Of a DNA stretch of 64,000 nt, positions 13,498 to 27,050 are shown one piece after another. The stretch spans positions 88,972,001-89,036,000 of the forward strand of contig NC_045696.1 in NCBI RefSeq assembly GCF_009834535.1, written 5' to 3'. The stretch's first letter is position 1. The number at the start of each line of letters is the position of its first letter. This DNA is from Camelus ferus. Lineage: Eukaryota. A model generated the notes under the pieces. It saw nothing but the letters and a program-made list of their open reading frames with translations. It made no database searches and had not been told where the DNA came from. The translations under genes were made by a program, and so were the position numbers.

Positions 13498-15480
13498 AAA
13501 GATGTTGTGGAAGTTGGGTACAATGCAGCACTGAGATATATATATATATATATATGTGTATATATATATACATATATATAAAAAGGTTTGATCCATCAAG
13601 CTTGGCTCATGGGATCTGCTGCTGCATTAAATCCGGAAAGAAAATGTGAAGATTTCATTTGGAATCACAGAAAATGCCCAAATGAGGTCAAGATGGCGAG
13701 TGGGTGCGAGTGAGAATGAGTGGCAAAATGTAATGAAAACTTTACATGAAAGCTTATTTAGGTTGTTCAAAGTAAAAAGGGCTACAGGTCACAGATCTTC
13801 AGTGCCTGAGAAGGAACATTGACTTACTCTTTATCAATTGAGGGAAAGTGCAGTACTGTCATCTTCAAGCCTTGTAAGCATAAAAGAGAATAGGATGCCC
13901 ATATAAGTCAAAGGAAAATGAGCCCAGGCCTTGCTATGAAGCGGTGTGTGAATGGACAATGTTGAATGAATGTCTGGCTCAGTGATGGAGAGCCAGGTTC
14001 ATCTTTCAGATCTAGGGCTCTTCACGCATGAAGTAGACTCCTAGTCCTGGAGTGACTGTGTACGAGAGTTTGGTTGTGGTGCTGTATGTGAACGCATGCA
14101 AGCTTGATTCGCCTTCAGGGGGCTGATAACAAACCTAGTAAATCATCAAAGTGAGATCATAAGTGTTAATGTACACTGGACATGAAAACAAAGACCAGTT
14201 CAGCAGCAGCCATTGTTTTCTATTTCCCCTCTTCCCTTTTCCCACCCCGTTCCTTTTTTTTTTTTTTTTTTTTTTTTTGTCCTTGTGTTTGTGGGGGTTT
14301 TTGGTTTTTTTGTTTTTGTTTTTTGTTTTTGTTTTTTTTTATTTTGGGGGGGTTGTTTTGTTTTGTTTTGTTTTTTAAGTTTTTATTTACTTTACCTAGT
14401 ATGGCTTTTTAGTTGCTTCTCAAGTCAGAAAACTTTCAGGAAGGTTTCCCTGTGCATTTGCACCAGATGAATGTTTGATGCTATGAAAAGCTTTCCATAT
14501 CATCAGAACTAATTTGTGTAGATTTTTGCATGAAAGAAAAATCATAAATTTCCCTCAAAAATAGACTGTGTTGCAGTACACAAGTTGCCATAATAGTATA
14601 AAACAGTAAAATGTGCTTTAAAAAGCCATCCTTTTCATTTTCAGAGATAACATAAAGATCTTTGCATGAGGTAAATCTACAGCATAGTTCATTTTTAGAT
14701 TTTGTTGAGTCCTGTAAAGAAGAAGAAAGAAGTTTCAGTTGTGATAGAATACCGTGCTGTGTTTAAATGTTACTTGTTTTCAAACTTTGTTTTCTATGAA
14801 AATGATATGGAAACTTCTAAAATGGAATTTGGTGCATATGTACTGCTGAATAAAGATCGATGAAGGGGTTTGAGTAGATGTACAAATCAAGTAATGGTTT
14901 GAACACCTTTAATAATATGCCTAATCTGTTCAATTGTTTTAGAATCTTTTTATCTTAGATGTAGGCAGCCATGAACAATCTATTTTGAGCCACTTTAGGG
15001 AGAAAACTTTGTATTTTTTAAACTTGCATAAAATTTATGCAAGTGGTTTTTATAAATTGGAATAATACCTCAGTTTTGAGGTTATGCACACTAAATTAAA
15101 TGTGACATAAATTAATTTGTACAAAAAGAACTCTTTATAAGGTGGCTCATTGTAGGAAATCCTGTGCCTTCCCCTTTGAGCACAAGTGTTGCATGAACAA
15201 CAGTTTGCTATAAGAAACATACCAGATTAGCCACCATTAGCATCTATATCTACTTTGTGTTTAAAAATCAACTGGTAATTCTGAAACACTGTAGAATGGA
15301 TAAAAATTATTTTGTGATCATAACTCTTTGTTGAACTAGAGTATTTTTGCAGCATTCCTTGTCATCAGAAACATGGTTAAAGTTTAAAACTAGAAGCAGC
15401 AGAAAACTAGCTTGTAAAATTTATCCAAGTAGAGTGCAGGCTAGGCTGTCTTGGGGAAATAAACATTAAAACTTAAAGCA
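13498..15480 (+). other. KPNA4: KPNA4 3' UTR to the probable poly(A) site
   Basis: AU-rich sequence after the stop, with a TA microsatellite (~13536-13580), a U-rich tract (~14252-14376) and no recognisable interspersed repeat; ends at AATAAA/ATTAAA. Confidence 0.75.
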
Positions 15481-15525
15481 ATGTTTTACATGGGGCATGT
15501 GTGTGTGCTGTGTGGATTTTTTTTA
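15458..15525 (+). terminator. KPNA4 polyadenylation signal and downstream GU/U-rich element
   Basis: AATAAA 15458-15463 and ATTAAA 15465-15470, followed by GTGTGTGTGCTGTGTGGATTTTTTT; an alternative proximal AATAAA lies at 14849-14854. Confidence 0.75.
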
Positions 15526-16674
15526 TATATTAATGTAAAATTAGAGTATGACTCAGGGACTTTTATTTGCTTGTCTTTCATAAGCTTTTGACCTAGAACA
15601 AACATTGCAGAAGAAATTTCTCAAGCTCTGTAATTTCAGTAGAGACATCAATATTCTAACCAACGGAAACGGGACAACACCTGTGCTGCTGCTTCCTCCC
15701 TGTCCTTCCTTCACTCTTCCAGCAAAATGGACTGAGAGAAACAACTTGAACTGCGTTTTAAGTATTACTATTAGTAACATCAACATACGGCTCCAAAACA
15801 CGGTTGTTACAAACAGCTTAAGTTACCAGAAGGTGAAAGTAACAAATATTTTTTAAACAAAAGTCTGCTTCAGAGTAAGCCAGTGAGGGTATAGTAGGCC
15901 AAATGGCTCTACAGAATAATTACCTTAGATATGTACTAGTTGTGAACGATGCTAATAACATCTCTGAGTACTAGGGCCATCTGATGGCCTAAATATTTCA
16001 CTTCTGCTGTGGTCTCATACAGGACAGTGACTTTCTAATAGAATTCTAGGAAGGACTTTTCCATGGTCAGAAGCTTGTTTTAGCACATTTAACAGTTCAC
16101 CACAGTTACTGATTTAAACAACTCCTTGTTTGTTGTTGTTGTTCTCCGCTGACCTAGGAAACTGACGTATTTTTAACATTAGAGGTATTGCAGTGAGGGG
16201 GAAAGTGGAATAATAAGCCTTTTAATAAGCTTACTATTCTTGACTTCTTATCTTAAACTGCCTGTTGGAGCATTGAGCCCTTCTCAAGTGCTGCAAAAAT
16301 AGGAATGTTACATTACAGGTGTATGGGATAGCTCTAGTCTAAAGTATATCTTTAAAGATATTTTTCCTTTTCCTTCCAAATTTTCGAAGACTTCAGTAAT
16401 TGTGTGTTGTGATGTAATTAGGATTTTCCACATTACTCTGAATCAAACGCAGAGCATTCCTAAAATTGAAGCCACTGACTAATTAAAAATACATCTGGAA
16501 GATTAGCATTACGTTTATGCTTGCCTCAGTGCCTCCAATGTATAGGGTTTTTGCATTGTAAAATGATGGCTTATTGTAGCATTAATTTGTGGGACATCTA
16601 TGTAGATTCCTCATTGCTTTGGTTCCCTCAAGAAAAGAGAGAATTAAGCTAAGCTTTGGCTTTAAAGAGAAGTA

Positions 16675-17265
16675 ATGTATTGTCTTTTGCTGTATAACAA
16701 ATTAACACACACACACACACTTATGGCTATAAAACAGAAACGTATGTTTTTTATTTCACAGTTTCAGTAGGTCAGGAGTCCAGGTACAGCTTAGCTAGGT
16801 CCTGTGCTCAGGCTCTCAGAAGAGATGTCAGCCAAAGCCACAGCCTCATCTGAAGTTCAGGGTTCTCCTTCATAATGCTAAGGCAGAATCCATTTCCCTT
16901 ACCAAGATGCAGGATTCTTGGCAGCTTGCTTCTTCAAGGCCTGCAGGAGAATCTCTAATCTCAGAGAAGGCCCTAAACTCTTTTTTAAAGGGCTCACCCT
17001 TAAATCTCTAATCTCAGAGAAATCCCTCTTTTAAAGGGCTCCTCCTGATCTGATTAAATCAATCTAATTTGATTAACCCAAAGCCAAACTGATTAATACC
17101 TTAATTACACCCGCAGAATCCGTTACTCTGCCCTATACTACAGCCTCATCACAAGGTAATATATGTCATAGTCACAGATCCTGCCCACACTTGAGTAATC
17201 AAGGGATTATAAAGGGTATATACACCAGAGAATCTTAGGAGCCACCTTAGAGTTCTGATAACAGA
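16675..17265 (-). mobile_element. MaLR (MLT1-type) LTR
   Basis: tgctgtataacaaatta...tcacagtttcagtaggtcaggagtccagg...cttagctaggtcc...gccaccttagag MLT1 signature. Confidence 0.7.
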
Positions 17266-17706
17266 AGGCAATATCAATATTTAGAGCTGGGGCGATTTGA
17301 GAAATGATCACCTAATACATTGTAGATTTACTTTTGGATGACGGTCACCTGTGAGAATCTAATGAAAACTCTGAGCCAGCTTCCTTCCAAAATGCATGTA
17401 CCTACAGTTTTAGGGTTTCTATGGAAGTCTGAATTTCAGAATACGAAAGATCTGTCCTAATCTTCCCTGTCAGGTGATAGAGTTACCAAGAAATGATTTA
17501 ACCAAGATCACACAGCTGCTAAGGGCCAGATAAGACCCAGATCTCAACTCCCATACCATTGGAAGCTGTGCTTTCAATTACTGCTCTAAAAACTAAATTC
17601 ATTTAAACTTGTGAGCAAAAAATGTTTACACAGCTTTTCTTTTCCGTAATTTGAGGAATGGCTAACACTAATTCTTATAGAAGATTACCTATGAATTTTG
17701 AAATTA

Positions 17707-18104
17707 CATTTGACCCTTGAACAGGATGGACTGCACAGGTGCATTTATACTTGAATTTATTTTTCACTAAATAAATACTGCAGGGTCAACTGTACCTTAA
17801 GTCATCTCTAGATTACTTACAATACCTAACACAGTGTAAATGCTATGTAAGTAAGTGTAAGTACAATGTAAATGCTATGTAAATAGTCCCTTTAATAACG
17901 CTGGGGTTGGAGGGCCAGCCCTCCACACAGTCAAAAAAGGAAAATCCTCATAACTTTACAGGTGGCCCTCCTGTCCATGGTTCCACATCCAAGGTCTTAA
18001 CTAACTACAGATGATGTAGTACTGCAGTACATATTTAGTGAAAAAAAAGTCCATATATAAGTGAACCCATGCAGTTCAAAGCCATGTTGTTCAGGGGTCC
18101 ACTG
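17707..18104. mobile_element. Tigger2-like non-autonomous DNA transposon (TcMar)
   Basis: TA|CATTTGACCCTTGAACA ... TGTTCAGGGGTCCACTG|TA imperfect terminal inverted repeats with TA target duplication. Confidence 0.85.
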
Positions 18105-18779
18105 TATTTGATTTTGAGTACAAAATTGAATCTTTCATTGTGGATACCAAGAAGGTAAACTATAAATAGGCCAATTTGGCTTGAAACAAAAGCAGTTACC
18201 AATTCTTAGCTCCTGAGGTTTGATGGATTATTTATCTCTTTACTTGGCATTTTAAAGGAGAAATGGTTTTTCTTTTTAATAAATAAGCCCACTAATGAAG
18301 TGTATGCTTTTTAAAATTATAAGTACAGTAATAAGCATATATGTATGCCTTTAAATAAAATAAAGGTGTATCCTGTGAAGCAGAGGTAACCTAACATTTA
18401 ACACTATTGATGTAATTAATTTTTTTGAAACCTGTTATTTATTGAAATAACTGTATCATAATAGCGTTTTTACAAAGAAAGCATCCAAACCATAAAGGTA
18501 AGTGATTGCTGTTTTAGTCTATCTGTAGCATGAAATTACCAGAATGCTTTTTGGTTATTGATGTTGCTGTATTCATTGGTTAAAGTAATTACATAAGTTT
18601 TCTTCCTAAATATTTACACAAAATTTTAGTTGCTAGACATAATTGGGAGCAAGCACAAGGGTGTCTCAGTTTTATCTAGTCTAAATCTAAGCAGTTCTGA
18701 TAATCACCGTGGTCTTTACTCACTTCTTTGCCGTTAAGTGTTGCAGAGACCTTAAGAACAAATTCATACGGTGGTCCCT

Positions 18780-18980
18780 TTAGTAGATTACCTGGCTTCA
18801 AATCCTAGCTCTGCCACATAACTCCTGTGGGACCTTGTAAAGTTACTTTATGTGTTTCTGTTTCTTCATCTGAAAAGTGGAAAGTGTAACAATACCTACC
18901 TCCGTGGGTTGTTTTATGGCTTAAATGAGTTAATTTGTGTAAAACACTCAGAATAATCCTAGGTAAATGATAAGCAGAAC
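18780..18980 (+). mobile_element. MIR SINE
   Basis: cctggcttcaaatcctagctctgccac...tttcttcatctgaaaagtgg...aatacctacctcc MIR core. Confidence 0.75.
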
Positions 18981-21149
18981 AGCTAGGAGAAATTCTTTAA
19001 CTTGTCCTGCAAATAAAAGCGGAAGTTTTATTCATCTTTACATTTGACAAATGCCTGAGAAACCTGCTTTGGGCTAGGGGTTAAATCAGGAGTCAGCAAT
19101 ACAAAGCCAATTAAAATGTGTACTTGCTCTCAATTTTAGCCTACTAGGGGAGAGACCGTCATAAATGGATAAATCAAAAGCAGTAGGTACAGTGATAGAT
19201 GTACGTGATACCCTTGGTAGACCCCAGTCTTGGGACTGTGTCAGAGCATTTGATGGAGAATACAAAAAATTTAGACTTCTCTCAATTCAGTATCTCCAAC
19301 TTAAGACTTTCTTCAAATATTCAGACTTCAAAAATTTTTTCAAATCCCCACTCTGTTTCTCCTTCATTCTTCGTAGATCACCTATTTCAGGGTCAAGGAG
19401 GTAGTAAAGAGAAAATGTATGAGAGGAACCCCCTCAGCTCACTTCCGGCTTAGAAACCCACTTGTATATGTTACTTATCCACTCCTTTCTGCTCCATTGG
19501 AGGAGATACCTTTCCTCATAACGAAGGAAGTCCCATTGTCTTGAATCCTATCTCCGGCTACTTTCTAGGAATCTTACACTGTGAATTATGGCTTTTCTCT
19601 CCTTTATATTCAGCTGTTTTCCTTCAATGTAATCCTTCCCTTTAACATTGAAACATGCAACAAGTATTTTCCATCATACAAGTACACCATTCCCTCCCCT
19701 TCCAATTCCTACCCCATCTTCCCCTTATCACAGACAGAGTTCTTCTAAGAAGTTTGCTCCCTCCAGTTGCTCAAGCCACATTCACTTTCCAACCCTTCAC
19801 AGTCTCATTTGCCCTCATCACTCTATAAAGCCCTTGAAAAATCACCAATTCCTGTATGTCACTAAACTAAATGGGCAATATTTGTCTTTATCTTGACTCT
19901 CAGAAAAATTAACAGTTGAGAACTCCCTTCTGGATTTTCACAACATCATGCTATTTTTCCTCTTCTCTTGACCATTGCTCAAGCCACAATGGCTTCCCTC
20001 CCTCTCTTCTGCTCCTCAAACTCCTACCCAGCATTTTGTTTTCTTTATAGCACATCATTTTCCCTATCATCAAATGTTTAAGGGGTTTAATTCTCAACCC
20101 GAAGTTCTCACACCAAACTCCCTTTAATCTATGCAAAGATACAAATGATCATCTATGACATGTTGTGATTCCCCAACTTAGTGTCGGTTTTCTCTAAAGT
20201 CTTCATACTGCCTCCTTGAAATTTCCACTTAGATGCCTGAAAGGCAACCACAACTCAAGTTTATCTAAGACTAAGCCTATGATCTTCCCATCCAACTCAC
20301 AAACTTGTTCTCTTGGATTGTTCCCTGGCTCAGTATCAGCTCCCCTGAGTTCTCCAAAATGGCCCTTGCATCCTTTCACTTATTTCCACTTTTACCTCCT
20401 TAGTCCAACCATTATCTCTTGTCTTGAACCACTGCAAAAGAGTCTATTAAAATGGTCTCCATCGGCCACTCCGGCTCCCTTATGGTCTAATCACCTTGAA
20501 GCCAGAGTCATCTTCCAGAAAAATCAAATCTGAGTGTACCAGTGTCATTCCTTACCCACTTCATATCTTCTCACTACTCTTAGAATAAAAACCGACATCC
20601 ATTTTTCTCTTGATAAGGTTATAAAAATTTTGATCTTGCAAAATTAGGGTAAAATTATGAATCCTCATGTACCCATCACCCAAGTTCAACCATCATCAAC
20701 CCACGATCAATCTTGTTTCATCTCTGGCTCACCCATCTTTCCTATATCTTCCTTGAATTATTTTTAAGCAAATCCTAGGCATTTTATTATATATCTCTAA
20801 AAAATTGAAGGTTGTTTTAGCATAACCACGGTACTATTATGACATCTTTAAAAAATTAACAGTTTCTTAATAGCAAGTATCTAGTCCGTGTTCAAATGTA
20901 CTTGACTTAGGCCACAATCACTAACGTGGCCATAGCCCTTCATTTTCAGGCCCCTGCATGTTTCTCTAGCCATTTCCACACACACCACTGTTTTTTAACA
21001 CCTATATTGTATAATTCCTGCACAGTAAACTACACATATTTCAGATGTACAATTTGATGAATTTTGATAGTTGTATTTACCTATGAAACCACCACCACAA
21101 TCAAGACAGCTAACATTTCCATCACTCCCCAAGAGGTACAAATTTCAAA

Positions 21150-22316
21150 CTACTGATTCATCCCTTCCCACCTCCTTTACCCCCTGTGACCATAAGTTTG
21201 TTCTCTATGTGATTCTGTTTCTGTTTGTAAAGTTCATTTGTGTCCTTTTTAGATTCCACATGTAAGTGGTATCATATGGTGTTTTTCTTTCTCTTTCTGG
21301 CTTAACTTCACTTAGAATGACAATCTCGAGGTCCATCCATGTTGCTGCAAATGGCATTGTCTCATTCTTTTCTATATATATATATACCACATCTTCTTTA
21401 TCCAGTCATCTCGTCGATGGACATTTAGGTTGTTTCCATGTCTTGGCTGTTGTAAAGAGTGCTGCTGTGAACATTGGGGTTCATGTGTCTTTTCAAATTA
21501 TATTTTTCTCCTGATATATGCCTAGGAGTACAATTGTTGGATCATATGGTAAGTCTATTTTTAGTTTTTTAAGGAACCTCCATACTGTCCTCCATAGTGG
21601 CTGCACCAATTTACATTCCCACCAACAGTGTAGGAAGGTTCCCCTTTCTCCACACCCTCTCCAGGATTTATCATTTATAGACTTTTGAATGATGGCCATT
21701 CTGACTGGTATGAGGTGATAAACTCATTGTAGTTTAGATTCACATTTCTCTAACAATTAGTGATGTTGAGCATGTTTTCATGTGCTTGTTGGCCATCTGG
21801 ATGTTGTCTTTGGAGAGATGTCTCTTTAGGTCTTCCGCCCATTTTTTGATTGGGTTACTTGTTTTTTTGATATTAAGCTGTATGAGCTATTTGTAGATTT
21901 TGGAAATTAGTCCCTTGTCGGTCACATCATTTGTAAATATTTTCTCCCATTCTGTAGGTTGTCTTTTGGTTTTATTGATGGTATCCTTAGCTGTGCAAAA
22001 ACTTTAAAGTTTAATTAGGCCCCATTTGTTTATTTTGGCTTTTGTTTCCATTACTCTTAAGAGCTGGTTCAAAAATATTTCTGTGATTTATGTCAAAGAG
22101 TATTCTGCCTATGTTTTCCTCTAGGATTTTATAGTGTCTGGTCTTATATTTAGGTCTTTAATCCTAATTTTGAGTTTATTTTTGTATATAGTGTTAGAGA
22201 ATGTTCTAATTTCATTCTTCTACAGGAAGCTGTCCAGTTTTCCCAGCACCACTTGAAGAGACGTCTTTTCTCCATTGTATCTTCTTGCCTCCTTTATCGT
22301 AGAGTAATTGACCATA
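21150..22316 (-). mobile_element. Relatively young L1 3' fragment
   Basis: Minus-strand ORF2 peptides ([46 protein letters not shown]) plus L1 3' UTR. Confidence 0.93.
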
Positions 22317-23559
22317 AACGTTATGCACACCATTCTTTGTGCTTCAACCTCTCTGGCTTTTCAACTCCTCCTCTCATGAGGCCTCCCTTTGATTTTGTTT
22401 CCTCTGCTAGAATATCCCCTTTCTTTGTTCATCCCTCAGCTTAAGCATCACTTTTTAAGGGAAACCTACACTTACTGCCCAACTTTAGTTCCTTTATTAA
22501 AGGCTGTCATAGAACTGCATTCCTTTTCTTTAGAGAACCTGGAAGTTCATAGCTAATATCCACACAGTACTGGACTATAGCAGGAACCCTAGAGCACATT
22601 GCCTGGAGCTTAGAGCACAAATATCCTTCAGACGAATGAATAAATGGACTTATTGGAGCAAAGAGAATGGGTACCTAATCCAGACTTGGGGGAGAGGAGT
22701 TGTTAGGAAAGTCTTGGAGGAAGTAGGACCTCCTGACTGACTCGAGTTACCAAATGAAGTGGGTCAAGGACCTTCCCCTATGAGCAATGTCAGGGAGGGG
22801 AAAAAAACATTTTTGGTCGAAAAATTCACATCAGGATTGGTAGGAAGGGACCAGAATAAGCAACATGTAATATGCTTTATTTAGGAGAGACTTGGGGATT
22901 TTAACTGGGAGAGTGTCATTGTCAAATTTGGACTTTTAAATAAATCAGTCTGTCAATTTTGTTGAACATGGGTTTCAGGAAGTTAAAAATAGAGGTAGGA
23001 ACACCAATTAGGAAGCTCTTAGAGCGAAGAGAAAAGGAGGTACTAAACAGGGCAGTGTGCAGTAGAAATAGAGAAGAAGAGGGAATGGCCTAAAAAAATT
23101 ATTTAGTGATATATCCATATCAATTGTCTTTCATCTCCAAATCCACCCTCTTTGCCCTACTTTATGACATTGAGCTGACCATGTAAATGTTTTTCCATTA
23201 CTGGCTAGCACAGCGTTAGACTTTGTCAATAGAGAGCCCTGAAGTGACTCCACAAGACTATTATGGCAGGAAGACACTTCTGGATGCCAGCTGGCCATTT
23301 TTATTATTCACCACTGGAGTCCAGAGACCCTGAGGGACCAGCTCCTGCTGTGCCTTCAGGTGATGCTCTCCTAACATTGCAGCTGCTTCAGAGCAGCTCC
23401 AACAGGCTGCTTCCACAGCAGTGTGTGTGTGTGTGTGTGTGTATCATATAGGAGGTATGATGAAAATGTGTGTATAGTAGAAAGTTTATCCAAAGCATAA
23501 CTTTATAAGAAATAGGCCAGATTAAGGTGAAGAAAACTTTAAATGCCACTGCAGGAAAT

Positions 23560-24400
23560 CAGTGTTCTCTCAAAACTCAATAATAAAATAACCCAATTTA
23601 AAATGAGGAAAAATTTGCATGGACACTTCATGAAAAATGATGTGTGGCTATCCATAAACACATGAAAAGATACTCGACATCACTGAAAAATAAAAACTGC
23701 AAGATACACTACACACCTATAGTAGAATGGCTAAAATTTAAAAAGCAAAAACAAGAAACTAACAATACCAAGCTGACAAGGATACAAGGCAACTGGCATT
23801 CTCCTACATTCCCGGTGAGAACACAAAATGGTCCAGTCACTTCAGAAAACAGTTTAGTGGTTTCTTATAAAGTTAAACATACACTTTACCCTTCAACCAG
23901 CAATCCTGCTCCTCGGTATTAACTCAAGTGAAATGACAGCTTCATCCACAGAATAACCTGCCTGGGAATGTTTATAGCTGCATTATTCATAATCACCCAG
24001 TACTGGACACAACCCCAAAATTCCTTCAACTGGTGAGTAAATAATCAAGTACGTTCATATGATGGATTATTAGTCATCAATAAAAAAAAAATATCGACAT
24101 GAATGAATTTCAAATGCACTAAGTGAAAGCCAGATTCAAAGGCCTCATACTGTCTGATTCCAGTTCTCTGACACTCTGGAACAGGCAAACTAGGATAGAA
24201 CACTGATGAGTGGTTTCCCAAGACTGGGTCGGGGAGAGAGCGACTACAAAGGGGCACAAGACAAATTCTGAGAGTGATGGGAAAGTGCTGTATCTTGATT
24301 GTAGTGGCAATCACAACTGTATTCATTTGTCAAAATTTATGTAACTGTCCACCAGAAAGGATGAAATTTACTTCTACCTCAATTTTTAAAAATGCTACTG
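23560..24400 (+). mobile_element. Old L1M fragment (ORF2 end and 3' UTR)
   Basis: gaatgtttatagctgcattattcataatcaccc and tactgtctgattcc L1M motifs. Confidence 0.8.
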
Positions 24401-25169
24401 CTTGCTGAACACAAATGGAGATTTGAATTAAAAATCATATACATCTCTTAAATAAGACATTATAAATATGTCAGTTCTCTCAAGTTGACCTTTTAAAAGA
24501 AAAATATGAACAGGAATATTTATGAAAATTCTGAAAAGGAGTACTGGCTCTGCCAGATTTTAAAATATAAATTCTTAATTAAAACAGTATAGAAGTGACT
24601 TATTAATAATAGTTTACTAGAGCCAAATTTTCTGAAAATACAGAAATAGACCCAAACACATTTAGGAACATGGTACCATACATTAATATAGTAATATTAT
24701 TAATAGAATAATAATAATAAAGAAAACTGTGTAGCCATCCAGAAAAAAAAAGTGGCTTTATATTTCACACTGCATACCAGGAAAAATCCAAATGAATAAA
24801 AGTGAAAAACCTCACTAATATTATAAAAGTACTAGTGGAAAGCCATGGGAGTATTATTTTATAAATGTAAATGGAAGATTTTTCTGAGTATAATACAAAA
24901 ACTGAGAAGCACCATAAACAAGAAATTGATTAATTTACTTACATAAAAAATAAAAATCTGTGCAGAAAAATCTTCATAAGAAAGAAACCTTTAAAAGAAA
25001 AACAGAAAAAAAAAAAGAAAAGAAAAGAAAAACTGAGAAAAATACTTCCAATCATCCTAGAGGAAGGACCAATTTTTCTACCATGAAAAGATCCTACAAA
25101 TCAGTTTTTTAAAGTTCAAAGGAAAATGAATAAAATGTATGAACAGACAGTTTAAGAAAATATAAATGG

Positions 25170-25625
25170 CTGTCATGACATGGATCATGTTCTCCTAAAA
25201 CTCGTATGTTGATTTCTAACACTTAGTACCTCAGAATGTGACCTTATTTAGAGATACGGTCTCTAAAGAGGTCATTAAGTTAAAATGAGGTTATTAGGTG
25301 GGGCATAATCCAACATGGCCGGTATCCTCCTAAAAAGAGAAAATATGGACACAGGCATGTACACAAGGAGAGCACCATGTGAAAACGAAGGCGGTGACAC
25401 GCTTCTCCAAGCCAAGGAATGCCCAGGGTTGCCAGCAACCCACCAGAAGCTGGGGGAGGTGCGGGGAACAGACCCTACCGCACAGCCCTCAGAAGGGACC
25501 CACCTGCCCACAACTTGATCTCAGATTTCCAGCCGCTGGAACTACGAGACTATAAACGACTGCTGTTTAAGCCTCCCAGAACTCTGTGGTGCTTTGTTAC
25601 AGCAGCCCCAGCAAACTAATGCAGC
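25170..25625 (+). mobile_element. MaLR (MLT1-type) LTR
   Basis: cagtacctcagaatgtgaccttatt-like start; caagccaaggaatgcc; ends tttgttacagcagccccagcaaactaat. Confidence 0.88.
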
Positions 25626-26939
25626 TTCTTAAACATAGGGAAATATACTCACCTCACTCATAGTAAGTGAAATTAACAGTAAAACCTCAAGAAACCGTTT
25701 GTGGTCTAGATTGTTAAAGATCAAAAGAGTCTGGACAACACATAATGTGCTGTCATTGGTGTAAGAAAACAGTACGCTCATGAATTGCTGTTTGGAATAC
25801 CAACTAGTACAAAGTCAGTGAAGGGGAATCTGACAAAATCTCTCAAAATTATAAATATATATACTCTTCCCAAATGTGAGAAATGGCATGCATGCAAATT
25901 TATCCATTGCAGCACCCGGTGAAAAATCAAAAGACTGGATTTAACCATCAATATTCATATAATGGAATATTTTACACCTATTAATAGAATTAAGGACGAC
26001 TCTGTGTGTTGATATAGAAAGCTATCTAAAATACTGAAAGACTGAAAAAGGAAAACATATACCTGTGTATAGTATTCTTTGTATGTGCATGTATGTATAT
26101 ATATATAAACACATTTGCTTGAATATGCTTAAAATATCTCTGGAAGAATATACACAAGAAATATTAACATGGGATTCTCTTTGGAAAGGTACTGGGTTTC
26201 TGAAGAACATGGTTGGGGAGACACTTTTTAACGTGATGTTTTAAAAAATATTTTTGGAATTGTAAACCACGTGAATAATAAAAATAAATATATAATTTTT
26301 ACATAAATAAAATTTTACTTTTTTCTGCCACAAGGTGGCAGTGTTAAAGGCTTTGGGAAGAGTGCAGTATTTTGAAATTGATCTCGTGACAGAAACTTTT
26401 ATTTGACTTGTAATTCTCAAGGATCCAATCGAGGATGGAAAAAATATAAAATGTATTTTCATACATATTTTGGGAGCCATGTAAATATTTTTCCTTTAAT
26501 TCCCTAATTTTGTAATCAGTATGTTTAGTTTTCTTTTTGCTTTAATCAAAGCACTGTAGGCCCCTGATAAAACAAACGAACCTATGGTACAAAAGGGCTT
26601 TTAATGAAACATCACAGTCTTTCTCTCCATCCCATTTTCATTCCACAGAGGCAGATCCCTTTTATTATTATTAGGGTTACATGCAAAACTTTGAATAATA
26701 TGCATATATCTCTAGTTTTTATTTTACCATCTTTAAATAGCATATGTTCCCCATAATGTGAAAGACAAAGACTTCACTCATACCCCCCACTTCTAATTCT
26801 TCTCTTACTGGTTTTTGATAAATTATTTTTGAATTCTTCAATTGCTTACCTTTATACTTTAAATTGTTCACTTAAACTCTGTTCCTTATTCTGTCAATTT
26901 TCAACATTACCTCTTAACCCCTGGTTTGTAAGATAAGGG

Positions 26940-27050
26940 TTTTTTTTTTTTTTCGTAGGTTTATTTATTTTTAGAGGGGGTACTGGGGATTGAACCCAGG
27001 ACCTCATGCATGCTAAGCATGCGCTCTACCCCTGAGCTATACCCTCCCCC
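26940..27050 (-). mobile_element. Vic-1-like tRNA-derived SINE
   Basis: Reverse complement of the SINE with a poly-T run; TSD AAGATAAGG on both sides. Confidence 0.9.

Noticed and set aside
14163..14470. Three Phe-rich ORFs
   Set aside because: Artefacts of a poly-T/TTTG low-complexity tract in the KPNA4 3' UTR.
16950..17041. Duplicated AATCTCTAATCTCAGAGAA...AAAGGGCTC units as an array
   Set aside because: Two-copy local duplication inside an old LTR; no CRISPR-like or other array structure seen anywhere in the window.
21205..21699. ORFs with C/W-rich motifs (similar ones at 2902-3096 and 41993-42262)
   Set aside because: L1 ORF2 C-terminal remnants, not host genes.
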